DNA of 62,741 nucleotides, the filler included, from Stramenopiles sp. TOSAG23-2 (lineage: Eukaryota): NCBI GenBank assembly GCA_900128395.1. It is 8 parts of 8 records of this genome, joined end to end, with 100 filler letters (N's around TTAATTAATTAA, not from the genome) between each part and the next. Parts side by side here need not be neighbours in the genome. Positions count along the whole stretch, not along the records: positions 26,574 to 52,895 come from LT649436.1; positions 52,996 to 54,538 come from LT652707.1; positions 54,639 to 56,180 come from LT652708.1; 5 more parts are not named here. The stretch is one strand, 5' to 3'. The stretch's first letter is position 1, and each line of letters begins with the position of its first letter. Below, one piece after another: positions 44,834 through 56,280 of this stretch. The notes below the pieces were generated by a model that was not told the origin of the DNA, ran no database searches, and saw only the letters and a program-made list of their open reading frames with translations. Position numbers and translations under genes: made by a program.

Positions 44834-47713
44834 CTACACTCTCTCCCTCCAAAACTCTTTCCCCCTACACAGTACCGAACCATTTATCTTTATCTGCATG
44901 GATATAATAATTTCTTGCTCCCCATCATCCTTTTTTCTACTGTAACTTTTGCCTGCTGAACTTGGTACAACGCATTGAGCATGTATAATTTTCATTGATT
45001 CTGGAATTTTAACTTGCATATTTATTGTTTCATTTTCTTTTCCAGATAAAATCAATATTAAATCAGTGGAATTACTTATCAATTTCATTATACGAGAATT
45101 AGATACTGGTATAAATTTATTTGCTTCTCCTAATAAAATCCAATTACCATTTAAAATTGGGGCGATTAAAACATATGTTGCTTCCGTTCCTAATGGTTCT
45201 TTCCAATTTGCTGATAATATAGATAGCGAATCTTTATCGTCATTAAATGGTAGAAGAGACATTTCATTAGTTTGCTGAAATGGCCGATCACCAGACCAAA
45301 AATATGCCACATAGTTACCATGATGATTCTTCAGTTCATATTTGTTTGTACTATTGGTGGATGATGTCGTTCGTAGGATACCAACATCGTTTGGAGATAA
45401 TTTAAATTCAGTATTATTAATTATGCTTACATACCGCCATACGTAATCATTGTTTATTACAGTCATTGCAACGGATGTTTCGCCAACTGATGTGTCTCCA
45501 AGCCAAACACGATCTATATACATAGCCGGAATAGATGGTTTTAATAATTTACCATTTTCATTACAACTCATCATAAGAAGTACACGATCGGCATCACCTA
45601 TTGGCCCACCCGGAGCAAAACCACCTCCACTTAATGCAGATACCAATGCTTGTGTAAATGGTAAAGACTCGTATCCACCATAATCCTCCGCAAATGAATT
45701 TTTGACACGTGAGGATGAGTTGGAATAAAATGTATCTTTAAATGGCCACAATCCTAGAGACCAAAGGAGTGTACTTTCACCACCAAAGCCTTTCCAATTA
45801 TCAAATGGAAATCCATGTGAATTGTGACGTAAATGGCTATCCGTAGAGCCACGTCCATGCGTCATGGCTATATGATTGACAGAATGCATCAATACATTTG
45901 GAAAAGACATGCATAACATAATACTCACATTATTTTTATAAGCAGATGTACCAAGGCCATCTAGATATTGCTCGGCTACATTTACATCGGTCACCATATC
46001 AAGTATACTATTTTTTGCAATTGAGCGATTACGTTCACCTGGTTTACATTCTGTTCCACCACAATTTGGAACGCTTGCATCACCTCCTAATACTACATCT
46101 AGGACATGATCCATTTTCAAAACAGACATACTCCATTCATTATTGGATTGAAATATATGGTCAAAAGCAGGATTTGTTTCACTATTATTATTATTATTAT
46201 TTAGACCAATGAGCACCAAATTCTATTCCCAATTTTTTTTGAAAGGTTTTTAATGTCTCTGGAAATATTAAGCCAACTTGTTTTGGAATATCTTCAAAAT
46301 ACAATGAATATGGTTCATTGTCCCCATGATTATTATATGCATGCCACCATGAATCAATTAAAAACCAATTGTATGGTATTTTTTTTTCTATTGCATCTTG
46401 GTGAATGAGATACAAATTATCTTGATATGTATGACAATCATTGTCTTTTCCAGATGATGGTGGACAACCCCATCCAATAGAATTATTAACGCAGTCACAT
46501 GGATTGTAATGATAAATTCCGGTAGTGGAATATCCTAACTTTGAAATCCAAACATTTGAATTAGGCAATGTCCGCTGATTTTTACCATAACTTTTTTGAA
46601 TCAATATATCTCCCCATTGTGAGAAACTCTGAGCAATTCTACCTATATGTTGATTGGTAATTTCTATATTTTCCAATATTTGTTTTGTTTTTTTTAACGA
46701 TGTTGTACTTAGAACAAATTCAATTGTATAATTGCGTGGAATATTTTCAATTAATCCACCTACCCCAAATCCTAATAGATTAACTTGATTATTATCTTTA
46801 ATAATATTAGACATTCCAACCATGTGATGCGTTAACGTGGACATGATGATTACATTATCAATTTTGTTATTATTACTACTATTCTCATCTTCTTTGCCGA
46901 AAAGAGCTACAGGCCCACCAAGATACCCTCCTTTATATGCATCTGGCCATTTGCCATATAGCGTTGATTTTGCTGCATTTTGCCCTAAAAATGTTGCAAC
47001 ATGTACATGATTATTATTAACATTAGTAGTAGTAGTAGTACTTGTCTCTATCACACGAAAAGATGGAAAAATTGTTGATGGAATATCAATATCTCTTTGG
47101 TCATTAATATAAGTATCATGTGTAAGTCCGTATGGAAAATATTGCTCGAATGTTATAAACACATTTGGTAATAGTTTCTGGTTGTTGTAACATTGAAATG
47201 ATGTTATCCATACGTTATTTTTGTTTGTACCCCATGTCCAGTAAAGGGATATTTTTTTATGATAATCAAATATTTCAATATTATTATTATTTTTATTTAT
47301 TATTGTTGTAACATTTTGCAAGTTTAACTTGTATTTTCCATTATTTGTGTTATCATACCATATGTTGTTGTGTAATATGCGATATGAACTACTGTACAAC
47401 ATATTCAAATTTGATGTAGGGTTCAAATATATTGTATAATTACCAAGTTGATCATCTATAATAATTTTTTGTGCTGATGGTGTTATTGAATCATTTATTT
47501 TATTATTATTGAAGTTACAAATAATATCTTTTGAATGTACATTACATATTGTTATTATAAATGTAATTATTAGAAACGTCCATGTATATTGTTGTTTCTT
47601 TCATTTATTTTATTATTATTGAAGTTACAAATAATATCTTTTGAATGTACATTACATATTGTTATTATAAATGTAATTATTAGAAACGTCCATGTATATT
47701 GTTGTTTCTGCAT
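44834..47713 (-). CDS. Secreted glycoside-hydrolase-like protein (clan GH-D-like TIM barrel, inferred), disrupted twice
   Basis: Signal peptide MQKQQYTWTFLIITFIITICNVHS from ATG 47713; WFLIDSWW, IMLCMSFP, LWSLGLWPFKDTFYS, LSGGGFAPG, GKLLKPS and WILLGEANKFIPVS. A 110-bp duplication (47491-47709) and a frameshift at the (AAT)n tract near 46200 break the frame. Confidence 0.6.
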
Positions 47714-48335
47714 GTTTCAACGTTTCTTATTATTATCGTTTGTTTTAATTTTTTGATCTTGTTGGTTTTATGTAATATTTCTCTTTATTATTTGCCTCAC
47801 TTCTTTAAAAAATATACACGTCGTTGTTCTATATCTTTATTAGAATTAATTATATATTATTTTGAATGTGTACCAGGTAGTGCACCCTAGAGTATGTATT
47901 AATAATAATATTATAATAAAAAAAAAGAAATTAATACTGGCCATAGTTATAGTGCAAAGTTACTCTGGACACCAGAGATTTTCCTTGCCAGTACCCTGTA
48001 GGTCCTTGCCTTTCACACGGCACTTGGCATCAAAATTGAAATTAATTCAGGGGGGAGGGGGGGGTAAAAAATATTTCAGCAAAAAAAATCAAAAAAGTCT
48101 TCAAGATATTTCCTGGATTTTTTTCATGTCATACTTTGTTGTACTATTAATAATATTAATATGCAGTACTCAAGCGAATAATAGGATCGGATCCTCTCTA
48201 CCATAGTTGTTATATAGTGGGAATGTTTCTACACAAGATGCATTTTGTATTAGTCACTTCAAAATTTCATTTACACATTCACCAAAAAGAAAAAACAACT
48301 CGAGTAATAACAATATTTAAAGAGATATAAAAATC

Positions 48336-48749
48336 ATGAAAGCCTCCCTCACAGTCCTACTTTTAGTCGCTGCCACAGTTCTAATTGGTGTGCCGACTGC
48401 CTATGGTAATAATTGCCAGCGGTGCTTAGCGTACAATTATAATAATTACAACGCGTGTAGTTATTTCTGCAGAAGAAGATTGAGTGAAACAGACGAGGAC
48501 GTCGTGTCGCCTACCTCATCTCGACGACGACTTAATAATTGCCAGCGGTGCTTAGCGTACAATTATAATAATTACAACGCGTGTGGTTACTTCTGCAAAA
48601 GAAGATTGAGCGAATCAGACGAGGACGAAACGTTAGCGCTGGATGAGGACGAGATGGTGTTTACCAAATCCCGACGACTTAATTATCAATGCCAGCTATG
48701 CAAAGTGCGAAATCCTGGATATCATTCAGCGTGTAGTTGGGTCTGCTAA
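48336..48749 (+). CDS. Secreted multi-core precursor of three Cys4 peptides separated by RRL sites
   Basis: 24-aa signal peptide; cores NNCQRCLAYNYNNYNACSYFC, NNCQRCLAYNYNNYNACGYFC and NYQCQLCKVRNPGYHSACSWVC; spacers of the form (R/K)RRL-acidic-RRL. Confidence 0.85.
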   Translation: MKASLTVLLLVAATVLIGVPTAYGNNCQRCLAYNYNNYNACSYFCRRRLSETDEDVVSPTSSRRRLNNCQRCLAYNYNNYNACGYFCKRRLSESDEDETLALDEDEMVFTKSRRLNYQCQLCKVRNPGYHSACSWVC

Positions 48750-49034
48750 AGAAGAATGCTGAGAATGACCCAGTCTAACCTCTAAGAAGGAAGAAGAAAG
48801 GTTTTGGAGAGATAACACATACCCAGGCGAAACAGCACGATGAGAAAAACTGTGCATTACAAAAGATATTGTGTGCGTAATAATAACTCGTACGAGTATG
48901 CATAATCCATATTATCAATCTAGTGTATTCATCACACCAGATGTAAAATTAAATTATTATACGAAGTAAAATTTAATTTAAACGCATAATTTACGACTCC
49001 ATGTGTCTCCATTTTTATTTAAAACATGACGTTT

Positions 49035-49412
49035 TCAATAATATTCATTTAATAAATCATTGAAACTTTCTTTATTTCTTTCAATTCCAACTTTTACTTT
49101 CACTTTACCTCCATCTAAACTCCAAAGTTCATGCGATATACTTGATAAGAAGCTTTGATTATGACTAACTAATAAAACTGCACCTTGAAAATCGTTCAAT
49201 CCAATAGCTAATGCACGCAAACTATCCATATCTAAATGATTTGTCGGTTCATCTAATATTAATATATGTGGCTTTTTCCACATTACCACTGCTAATGCAA
49301 GTCTTGCTTTTTGTCCACCGCTTAATAACCGAACTGGTTGCAATGCTAAGTGTCCAGCAAGGCCAAAACTACCTAAATGTGATCTTGCTTCCATAAGTGA
49401 TATACCATTTCG
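49035..49412 (-). CDS. ABCF-family ATPase, C-terminal fragment (second NBD)
   Basis: ARSHLGSFGL..LSGGQKARLALA..PHILILDEPTNHLDMDS..GAVLLVSHN. Sequence upstream of ~49412 is unrelated. Confidence 0.85.
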   Translation of the reverse strand, partial: RNGISLMEARSHLGSFGLAGHLALQPVRLLSGGQKARLALAVVMWKKPHILILDEPTNHLDMDSLRALAIGLNDFQGAVLLVSHNQSFLSSISHELWSLDGGKVKVKVGIERNKESFNDLLNEYY

Positions 49413-49416
49413 CCCA

Positions 49417-49869
49417 ATGAAGATCTGTCCAATTGATTGCGACAAAAACCAAAACTGGGTCGTGTCTGTCGATTTCAATACTGCAGAAGATGAACTTGGA
49501 ACTCTTGTTTGTTCGAAAGGAACTGAAGAAGACGCAAAACGCGATGGGGAAAAGATTCCAAATGGGTACACCCGTACCATTATTGGGTCATTCAATACGG
49601 GTGATCACAACAGAATCGCATTGGGTGATCCGTGTGCCTTTTCCAACTCCGACAATTGGTATGACTCCGATTCTGCGTTGTACAAAATGAAACAATTCGA
49701 TGGTACTGACGGTGTTTATTTTTCAACAAATCATTGTGACGGAATGTATCCCGTCATTTGTTTGTATGAAAATCAAGCAGCACAAATGGCAAACAAGCCG
49801 AATTCATTTCGTGTAACCTTTACTCAGCCATGTCATAACGCATTGTGCGACGCGTTGGGGATGCCTTAA
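49417..49869 (+). CDS. Hypothetical protein (probably a 3' fragment)
   Basis: 150-codon ORF, GC-richer than its flanks; no family recognised. Confidence 0.4.
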   Translation: MKICPIDCDKNQNWVVSVDFNTAEDELGTLVCSKGTEEDAKRDGEKIPNGYTRTIIGSFNTGDHNRIALGDPCAFSNSDNWYDSDSALYKMKQFDGTDGVYFSTNHCDGMYPVICLYENQAAQMANKPNSFRVTFTQPCHNALCDALGMP

Positions 49870-50340
49870 AGGTATTGGATGGCCTAGAATATTTCGAGGG
49901 ATTTTTAAAAAACTAAATCTGGTTCAAAGGTGAACTTGCCTCTAAACCATCGCTGCGATCGCGTTTCCGTATCATTGAATTGAAAACAGTAGATTGTCCC
50001 CCTTCGGTTTTAGAAATTCCTTACGCGGTAGAAACAGCAACAATTCCGGCCAAGAGAATTGCAGGTGCCACTGGAACAGCGTTATATTTTCGTATTTTTT
50101 TATATATGATACTGCTATACGTGCATGATTATCATATATTATGACAATATACTAGCAGTTCTTATTACTTTCCTAATTTTCAAATAATAGATCTTTTGGT
50201 TTCTCCCATTGAACTACGTTTGATATCACATTTGATAATATGGTTTACCACTATTTTCATCAATATATTACCTGGTAAACCCTTAATAAACTCATCTGGT
50301 CACATCATCATCTGTTGTTGTGATCTATCTGTTCATTCCT

Positions 50341-50766
50341 AATCGGGTCCATTATCCATAAAAGTGGTGCGCCTACACAGCACTGGTTATTTGTTCATTG
50401 CCAATAACCAGTCCTGTGTACCTGTTAATCCGGAAATCGGTAGGAAAATATCATATATTGAAGTATAATAATTTGTAATCTAAATCACACAATAAAATAT
50501 TACCTTAATTTACTGTAGAATTGTCGCTTCTCTCTGTGGCTTTTCATTGAAATTTTGCATCAAAACATCAAAACCCAAAACCTCTAAATTGAACTAAATT
50601 AAGGTAATATTTTATTGTGTGATTTAGACTACAAATTATTATACTTATCTATATGATATTTTCCTACCGATTTCCGGATTAACAGGTACACAGGACTGGT
50701 TATTCGTAATGAACAAATAACCAGTGCTGTGTAGGCGCACCACTTTTATGGATAATGGACCCGATT
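50341..50766. repeat. Long foldback: 172-bp inverted repeat arms with an 82-bp loop
   Basis: 50341-50512 is the reverse complement of 50595-50766 apart from a few substitutions. Confidence 0.95.
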
Positions 50767-50895
50767 CCCGATTTGGTTCATTTATAGTTCATTCATTCAA
50801 AATAAAAAGATAGAAGATAATGCAGATACATGACATCGAAACACAAAATCAAACAGATGATATATAGACAACAATAATCTATAAATAGAAGCGAC

Positions 50896-52895
50896 ATGGC
50901 ATTATCAATACAATGCAGTATTAGAATAATCAGTATTGCGATATACGTACTTACCATTCATACAGTTGCTACAGCGAAAGCTACTAAAAGTGTTTTTTAT
51001 AATGTTAGTCATATTATTTCAAATTTGTCATATAACGAGCAATCATTAATATATGCAATTCAAGGAATTGTGAATAAAAACAAAGAACCAGAATTGTTTC
51101 TAAATACTGGTCATATGGATTTAGATTTTCCAAAATCAGATTTATTGTGGAAAGAATATTTTGAGAAAACACGAAACATAGAATTTGATACTACCATCGA
51201 AACAAATAATTTATGCAGTTTAATTAATCATTTTCAAGACAAATTCAAAAATGGTATTGTTATTTATAATGAAAGTGATAATTTTACACTTTACCCATCG
51301 TTGACACTTGCAGGTTTAAATAGTGTATTGCCAATATCTGATGTAATATATGAAAAGTACTATGATTCATGTTTACGAAATTTTCCAATCCATTTAAATT
51401 TAACCAAAATGGAATTTTCAAATAAATTTGAAATGTATCGTTGGGCAATTGATACGTTATTACCTAATTGCAGCAAAACAATTTTATTTAATGCAGACAA
51501 TTATCCGAATGCAGTTGCACAAGCAAAATTTACAACAATTATGTCAGTTGATTATGCAATTTCACAAAGAGCATTTATAATGAATTTATGTCCATTATGG
51601 AAATGTCAACCAAAATTATGTGGAACAACTAGAAAGGCAACGCCAAAAGATACGGAACTTTTTATTGAAATTATAAAAGCATCTGATAAATTAGTTTCTG
51701 TGTTTGGTTGGAGTGATCCTGAATACAGTTATACGAACATTACATCCCATGCTGGAGGTGCTGTTTTTTGTTCATTTAGCACACCAAATTTATCATATTG
51801 GGATGCTATTTCTAAATATTTCAATAACATTACATCCCATGCTGGAGGTGCTGTTTTTTGTTCATTTAGCACACCAAATTTATCATATTGGGATGCTATT
51901 TCTAAATATTTCAATGTCAAACCATTACCATTACCAATAAAAGACAATGATCTTCAACATATGTTAGATGCATCTAAAACATATTTAATATTTGAAACAA
52001 ATGAAGGCGACACGCCAAGGATATTGTCTTCACAATTTACCAGTGCTTGGGTTTCACCAAATCGTGGCAGCGTTCCAATTGCATGGGCAATCGATCCATA
52101 CCTTGGTATATTATTTCCAGAGTTGTACAATTATTATGCAAATAATACTACAAGAAATGATACATTTATAAATGGTGTCGTAGGTGCTGGTTATGCATAT
52201 ATTAGTAGTTTAGGAGAGAATGCACAGGTTTATGAAAAACGGAGTGGGAAAATTATGCAAATGCTTGGTCCAAATGTTGTAGATGTAAGTAAATTTCGAT
52301 TCCTATACTATTAAAGACCTATATAGTATACAGCCCTGGATATATCCTCCCTCTCTAACAATACATCCCTCTCTTTCATTTAAATACGTTTACAGGTCGG
52401 TGTCCCAATGAATAAATGGCCCGCAACACCTATTGATTTAATAGAAGAATATGTTGTTCATGCTAGAAATACAGGAAATAACGATGATAAAACAACGATA
52501 ACGTCACCAGAGGCATTTGTGAATGCATGTGGCACTACATATGGACAAGATATTAATATTTGTTTAAATGATGGTACCCCTGTTATCAATTCAGTGTGTG
52601 TCGGTCCAAAAAATAATGATACAACCGATGGACATTATTTATATTATTATAGAGATCATTTAAATAAAACAGATCCTGTACATGATTTTGTCGAGAAAGT
52701 GAAATGGGCATCAAATCATTATAAATCAAAAGATCAAGCCTTGTTTTTATTGGCATATGGAGGTTTAGGATTATATGGAGGACATAATGATATATTCATA
52801 TTTATTCAAAATGTTATGAGGGAGCTTGGGGAGGATTATATTGTCATTGGTGCTCAAGAGATGGTGAGGTTAGCGAAGGAGCAATGTAAAAAAAA
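50896..52895 (+). CDS. Secreted GxGYxYP-family putative glycoside hydrolase; one intron; runs into the contig end
   Basis: Signal peptide, AIQGIVNK, NEGDTP, SPNRGSVPIAWAIDP and GVVGAGYAY. In-frame 90-bp duplication 51736-51825/51826-51915. Confidence 0.8.
52285..52395 (+). other. 111-bp spliceosomal intron (phase 0)
   Basis: GAT|GTAAGT donor, CTCTAAC branch, TTTACAG|GTC acceptor; joins in frame to the ORF at 52408. Confidence 0.85.
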
Positions 52896-52995
52896 NNNNN
52901 NNNNNNNNNNNNNNNNNNNNNNNNNNNNNNNNNNNNNNNTTAATTAATTAANNNNNNNNNNNNNNNNNNNNNNNNNNNNNNNNNNNNNNNNNNNN

Positions 52996-54425
52996 TATGT
53001 GCTATAATGGCTCATCAAGCTTTGGCAGATCATTTTTTTTTCATATCTTTATTTTGGTACATCTTCTCTGGAATTGGTACAAGGTCGGGAGAAGCAAGCT
53101 TAGTTGAAGTGTATCCATGGAAAGAAGAACGTTTGGAATTATTGCAATATCGTCCATGGATCGGAGGTGCATTTTTTACGTTTTATCTAATATGTAATGT
53201 AATGATTACATCAGTTAATGAACAGACAACTGATATTAATGGATCGATTGGGTTTCGAAATATTATTAGTATAATTTATCCTATAGTTTGCTGCTTCAGT
53301 TTTTTGAGCGTTATTGCAATGAAAGATGCAAAGCAAGTTTCTAGGAAAGATGAAAAAGCAGTAAATATTTTGGTAGAATACAAAGATATTTTAATTGGAC
53401 CATCTGCAAAATATGTACGCTGGATATGGGTACTGGCTATACCAGGCTCAATTTACGGTTCGTTTTTTATCAATTCAATCCTATATTTTATATTTTATGT
53501 CATTGGCATTCCACCAGAAGATATGGGTATTTTTGGGCTTGTATCGTACAGCACAGGATTGGTCGTGTCATGTATTATGACTCCATTCATGGGTTGCTTA
53601 TTTGCAAAGAAATCAAAGGACGGGCGTGAAAAATCGAGAAATCCATTAAATATTGCAATAGGATGTGGTATTTTCGATCAAATCCTTGCTCTTGGTTTAG
53701 CCGCTTTTTGGTTTCAACCAATCGATCGTAAAATTCTAAAAAATGGTGGAAAAGGAAAGTGGGAAATACTTTTCTTATGGGGATTCATTACTGGATTTTT
53801 TGGATTTCCTATGGAATACTGGCGGCGAGCTGCAACTACATGGGCAATTGATTTTGATAATCAAGCACGGGAAAAAACTGGGCATAAACGTCGTGAAGCA
53901 ATTATTTATGCAATGAGTAGCACTTTATATGGATTATGCGGGTTGATTGGTATTGCAATTGCGCAATCATTTGTTATTGGAGACGATCCATTGTGCAATA
54001 CGACATTATCAGCAGCGGAGATGCCAGATAAATGTACTTGGACATTGTATTATTGTTACATGTTTCCACCATGTGCTATCATGATCTGGACGGTCACATG
54101 GACGTGGTTTTTTCCACTCAAAGGGAAAAAATTGGAAGACCTTTACAAAACACAAGGTCATTATCAAAAAGCTGTTTCAGGTACAGATGCTTGGAATACT
54201 GTGGGCGGTGGAGCAGAATATCAGGCAAATAACAATGTGCAACTTGTTAGTGGAAGTGCTGTTACAGTTGTTACTGCTGCACCAAAATTTATTGATATTA
54301 CAATTCCTGAAGGTGCAGAGCCTGGAATGCAATTAGCACAAACATTATCAAATGGAAAAACAATTACCTTTACTATTCCAGCAGATAAAAAAGTTGGTGA
54401 TGTGATTCAAGTTCCATTGGAATAA
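52996..54425 (+). CDS. MFS transporter (GPH/MFS_2-like), 5'-partial
   Basis: Many TM helices; AIDFD..TGHKRREAIIYA resembles the GPH D..GxRREG motif; WFFPL after the last helix. Confidence 0.7.
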
Positions 54426-55143
54426 AAATTTGAGAAGATGTTATCAAAAAAAGTACAAATTTTATCGTATTTAATATGTGTGCGAGATGTATGCATATGA
54501 AAAAACTAATTTGAAGGGCTAATCAATGCAAATTAATTNNNNNNNNNNNNNNNNNNNNNNNNNNNNNNNNNNNNNNNNNNNNTTAATTAATTAANNNNNN
54601 NNNNNNNNNNNNNNNNNNNNNNNNNNNNNNNNNNNNNNACTCGTTGAACGCGCTGGACGTCGGGATCATTCGAAAACGGTGAGGTTGTCGAAGTGAAAGA
54701 TCCTGTTGTGAACAACAACCGGTAACTATCCGGATAAAGATCTTGAAGTGCACGGTTGTGGCAAAAAGCCGCGGTTTTGATCGCTTTAGCTTGTAGGTTT
54801 CTACAAGTTTCATCGACCCATTGTGCTTTGAGCCAGTTTAAAATAATTAATACGAGTCGTATTTATTATTTTAGATTCTTATGACTTTTAGACTATTATA
54901 GCATATATATATATATCAAATATTGTATATTCTCCCATGGTGGATTATTAGTGCATTACCTGGTAACATATCAGTAGCAGTATAGGTAATAGTGTAATGT
55001 TGTGTTCATCTACCTTTTTAATACGGAAGGCTGTGTCTATACTATTTCGTTTTAATAGCTCGAGATGTGAAAAATGTGTCGACTTGTTGTATCAAAGATA
55101 TATGATTAGCACATAACAAAATATTCCCTTTATCCGCAAAAGT

Positions 55144-55274
55144 TGTCATACTTTTTTAAAATTATTATAAGTATGAATTTTGGTATACTAAAATTCCTAT
55201 TTGACCTTCACATTGATAGGAATGTTAGTATACCAAACTTCATACTTATAATTACAAAAAAAAAGGAGGTGACA
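55144..55274. mobile_element. Hairpin/MITE-like element, copy 2
   Basis: 37-bp stem 55164-55200/55216-55252 with two mismatches and a 15-nt loop, extending imperfectly to TGTCA...TGACA ends. Confidence 0.65.
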
Positions 55275-55573
55275 AAAGACAAAAAAAACGAAAGTAAAAA
55301 AAGTGGGGAGATATTTATCTTTCAGCACCATATTGGATTTTGTGTTTGAGTGCTATTTCCATAGTAAATAAAGACTAAATATTAGTGCAACAGATAATAA
55401 CAATATGTATTATACTATGTTTTAAACATAAAATAAAATATATAGATACGTAGATATACATATACATTATACATACAGATATATAAATATATAGACAACT
55501 ACATATTCATATATATATTTCGATATAAATAATAATCATCAAACATTTAATAATAACAAGTAAAGAAAAAAAA

Positions 55574-55759
55574 ATGAAACTAGTAGTATTAGCATTATTA
55601 GCATTAATTGCAACAGCAAATGCAGCCAATATCAGAACTGGTGCTGAACCAGAAAAAGAAACAGCAGAAGCAAAAGAACACGATACAAAATATTCGCCAG
55701 ATCTTAATGCACATGAAATCGCAACCGAACCAAATTATTTTATGATGATGATATTGTAG
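55574..55759 (+). CDS. Small secreted protein or truncated N-terminus of one
   Basis: AAAAATG start context; signal peptide MKLVVLALLALIATANA followed by an acidic segment. Confidence 0.5.
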   Translation: MKLVVLALLALIATANAANIRTGAEPEKETAEAKEHDTKYSPDLNAHEIATEPNYFMMMIL

Positions 55760-56280
55760 ATGTAATATGATGTACATATGTATTAAAGAAGTACGTAATA
55801 TACAACTTGTATTTACTGTTCTATAATGGCACAATGTAAATTATATGAAGAACATGTATGCACGCTCAAATGTAAGAAATACAAACCAATTGTTGTAACT
55901 ACTTGTAACGTTTTTTTTAATAATTGCAATTGTTGTGATGTACCAAGACACCTCGTTCACATGGATATACTAAATACAGTACTGAAATAGTGTCTATATA
56001 CCCTATATACAGTTATAATGATATATGGTTCGATGATGCCATGCCGGGCATGCCCAGTCTGTGCATTAATTACTTACGGAAAATTTAGCACTACATAGCA
56101 CTAAAAACAAGATTTCAGGTGAAAATATTTTCCGTAAGTAAATGCATTATTTCTATACCTTGGTTTTTTAATTATGGAAGNNNNNNNNNNNNNNNNNNNN
56201 NNNNNNNNNNNNNNNNNNNNNNNNTTAATTAATTAANNNNNNNNNNNNNNNNNNNNNNNNNNNNNNNNNNNNNNNNNNNN

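Noticed and set aside
54639..54840. GC-richer stretch as an RNA gene or CDS end
   Set aside because: No tRNA/rRNA signature recognised; at most an unidentifiable short 3' coding fragment.
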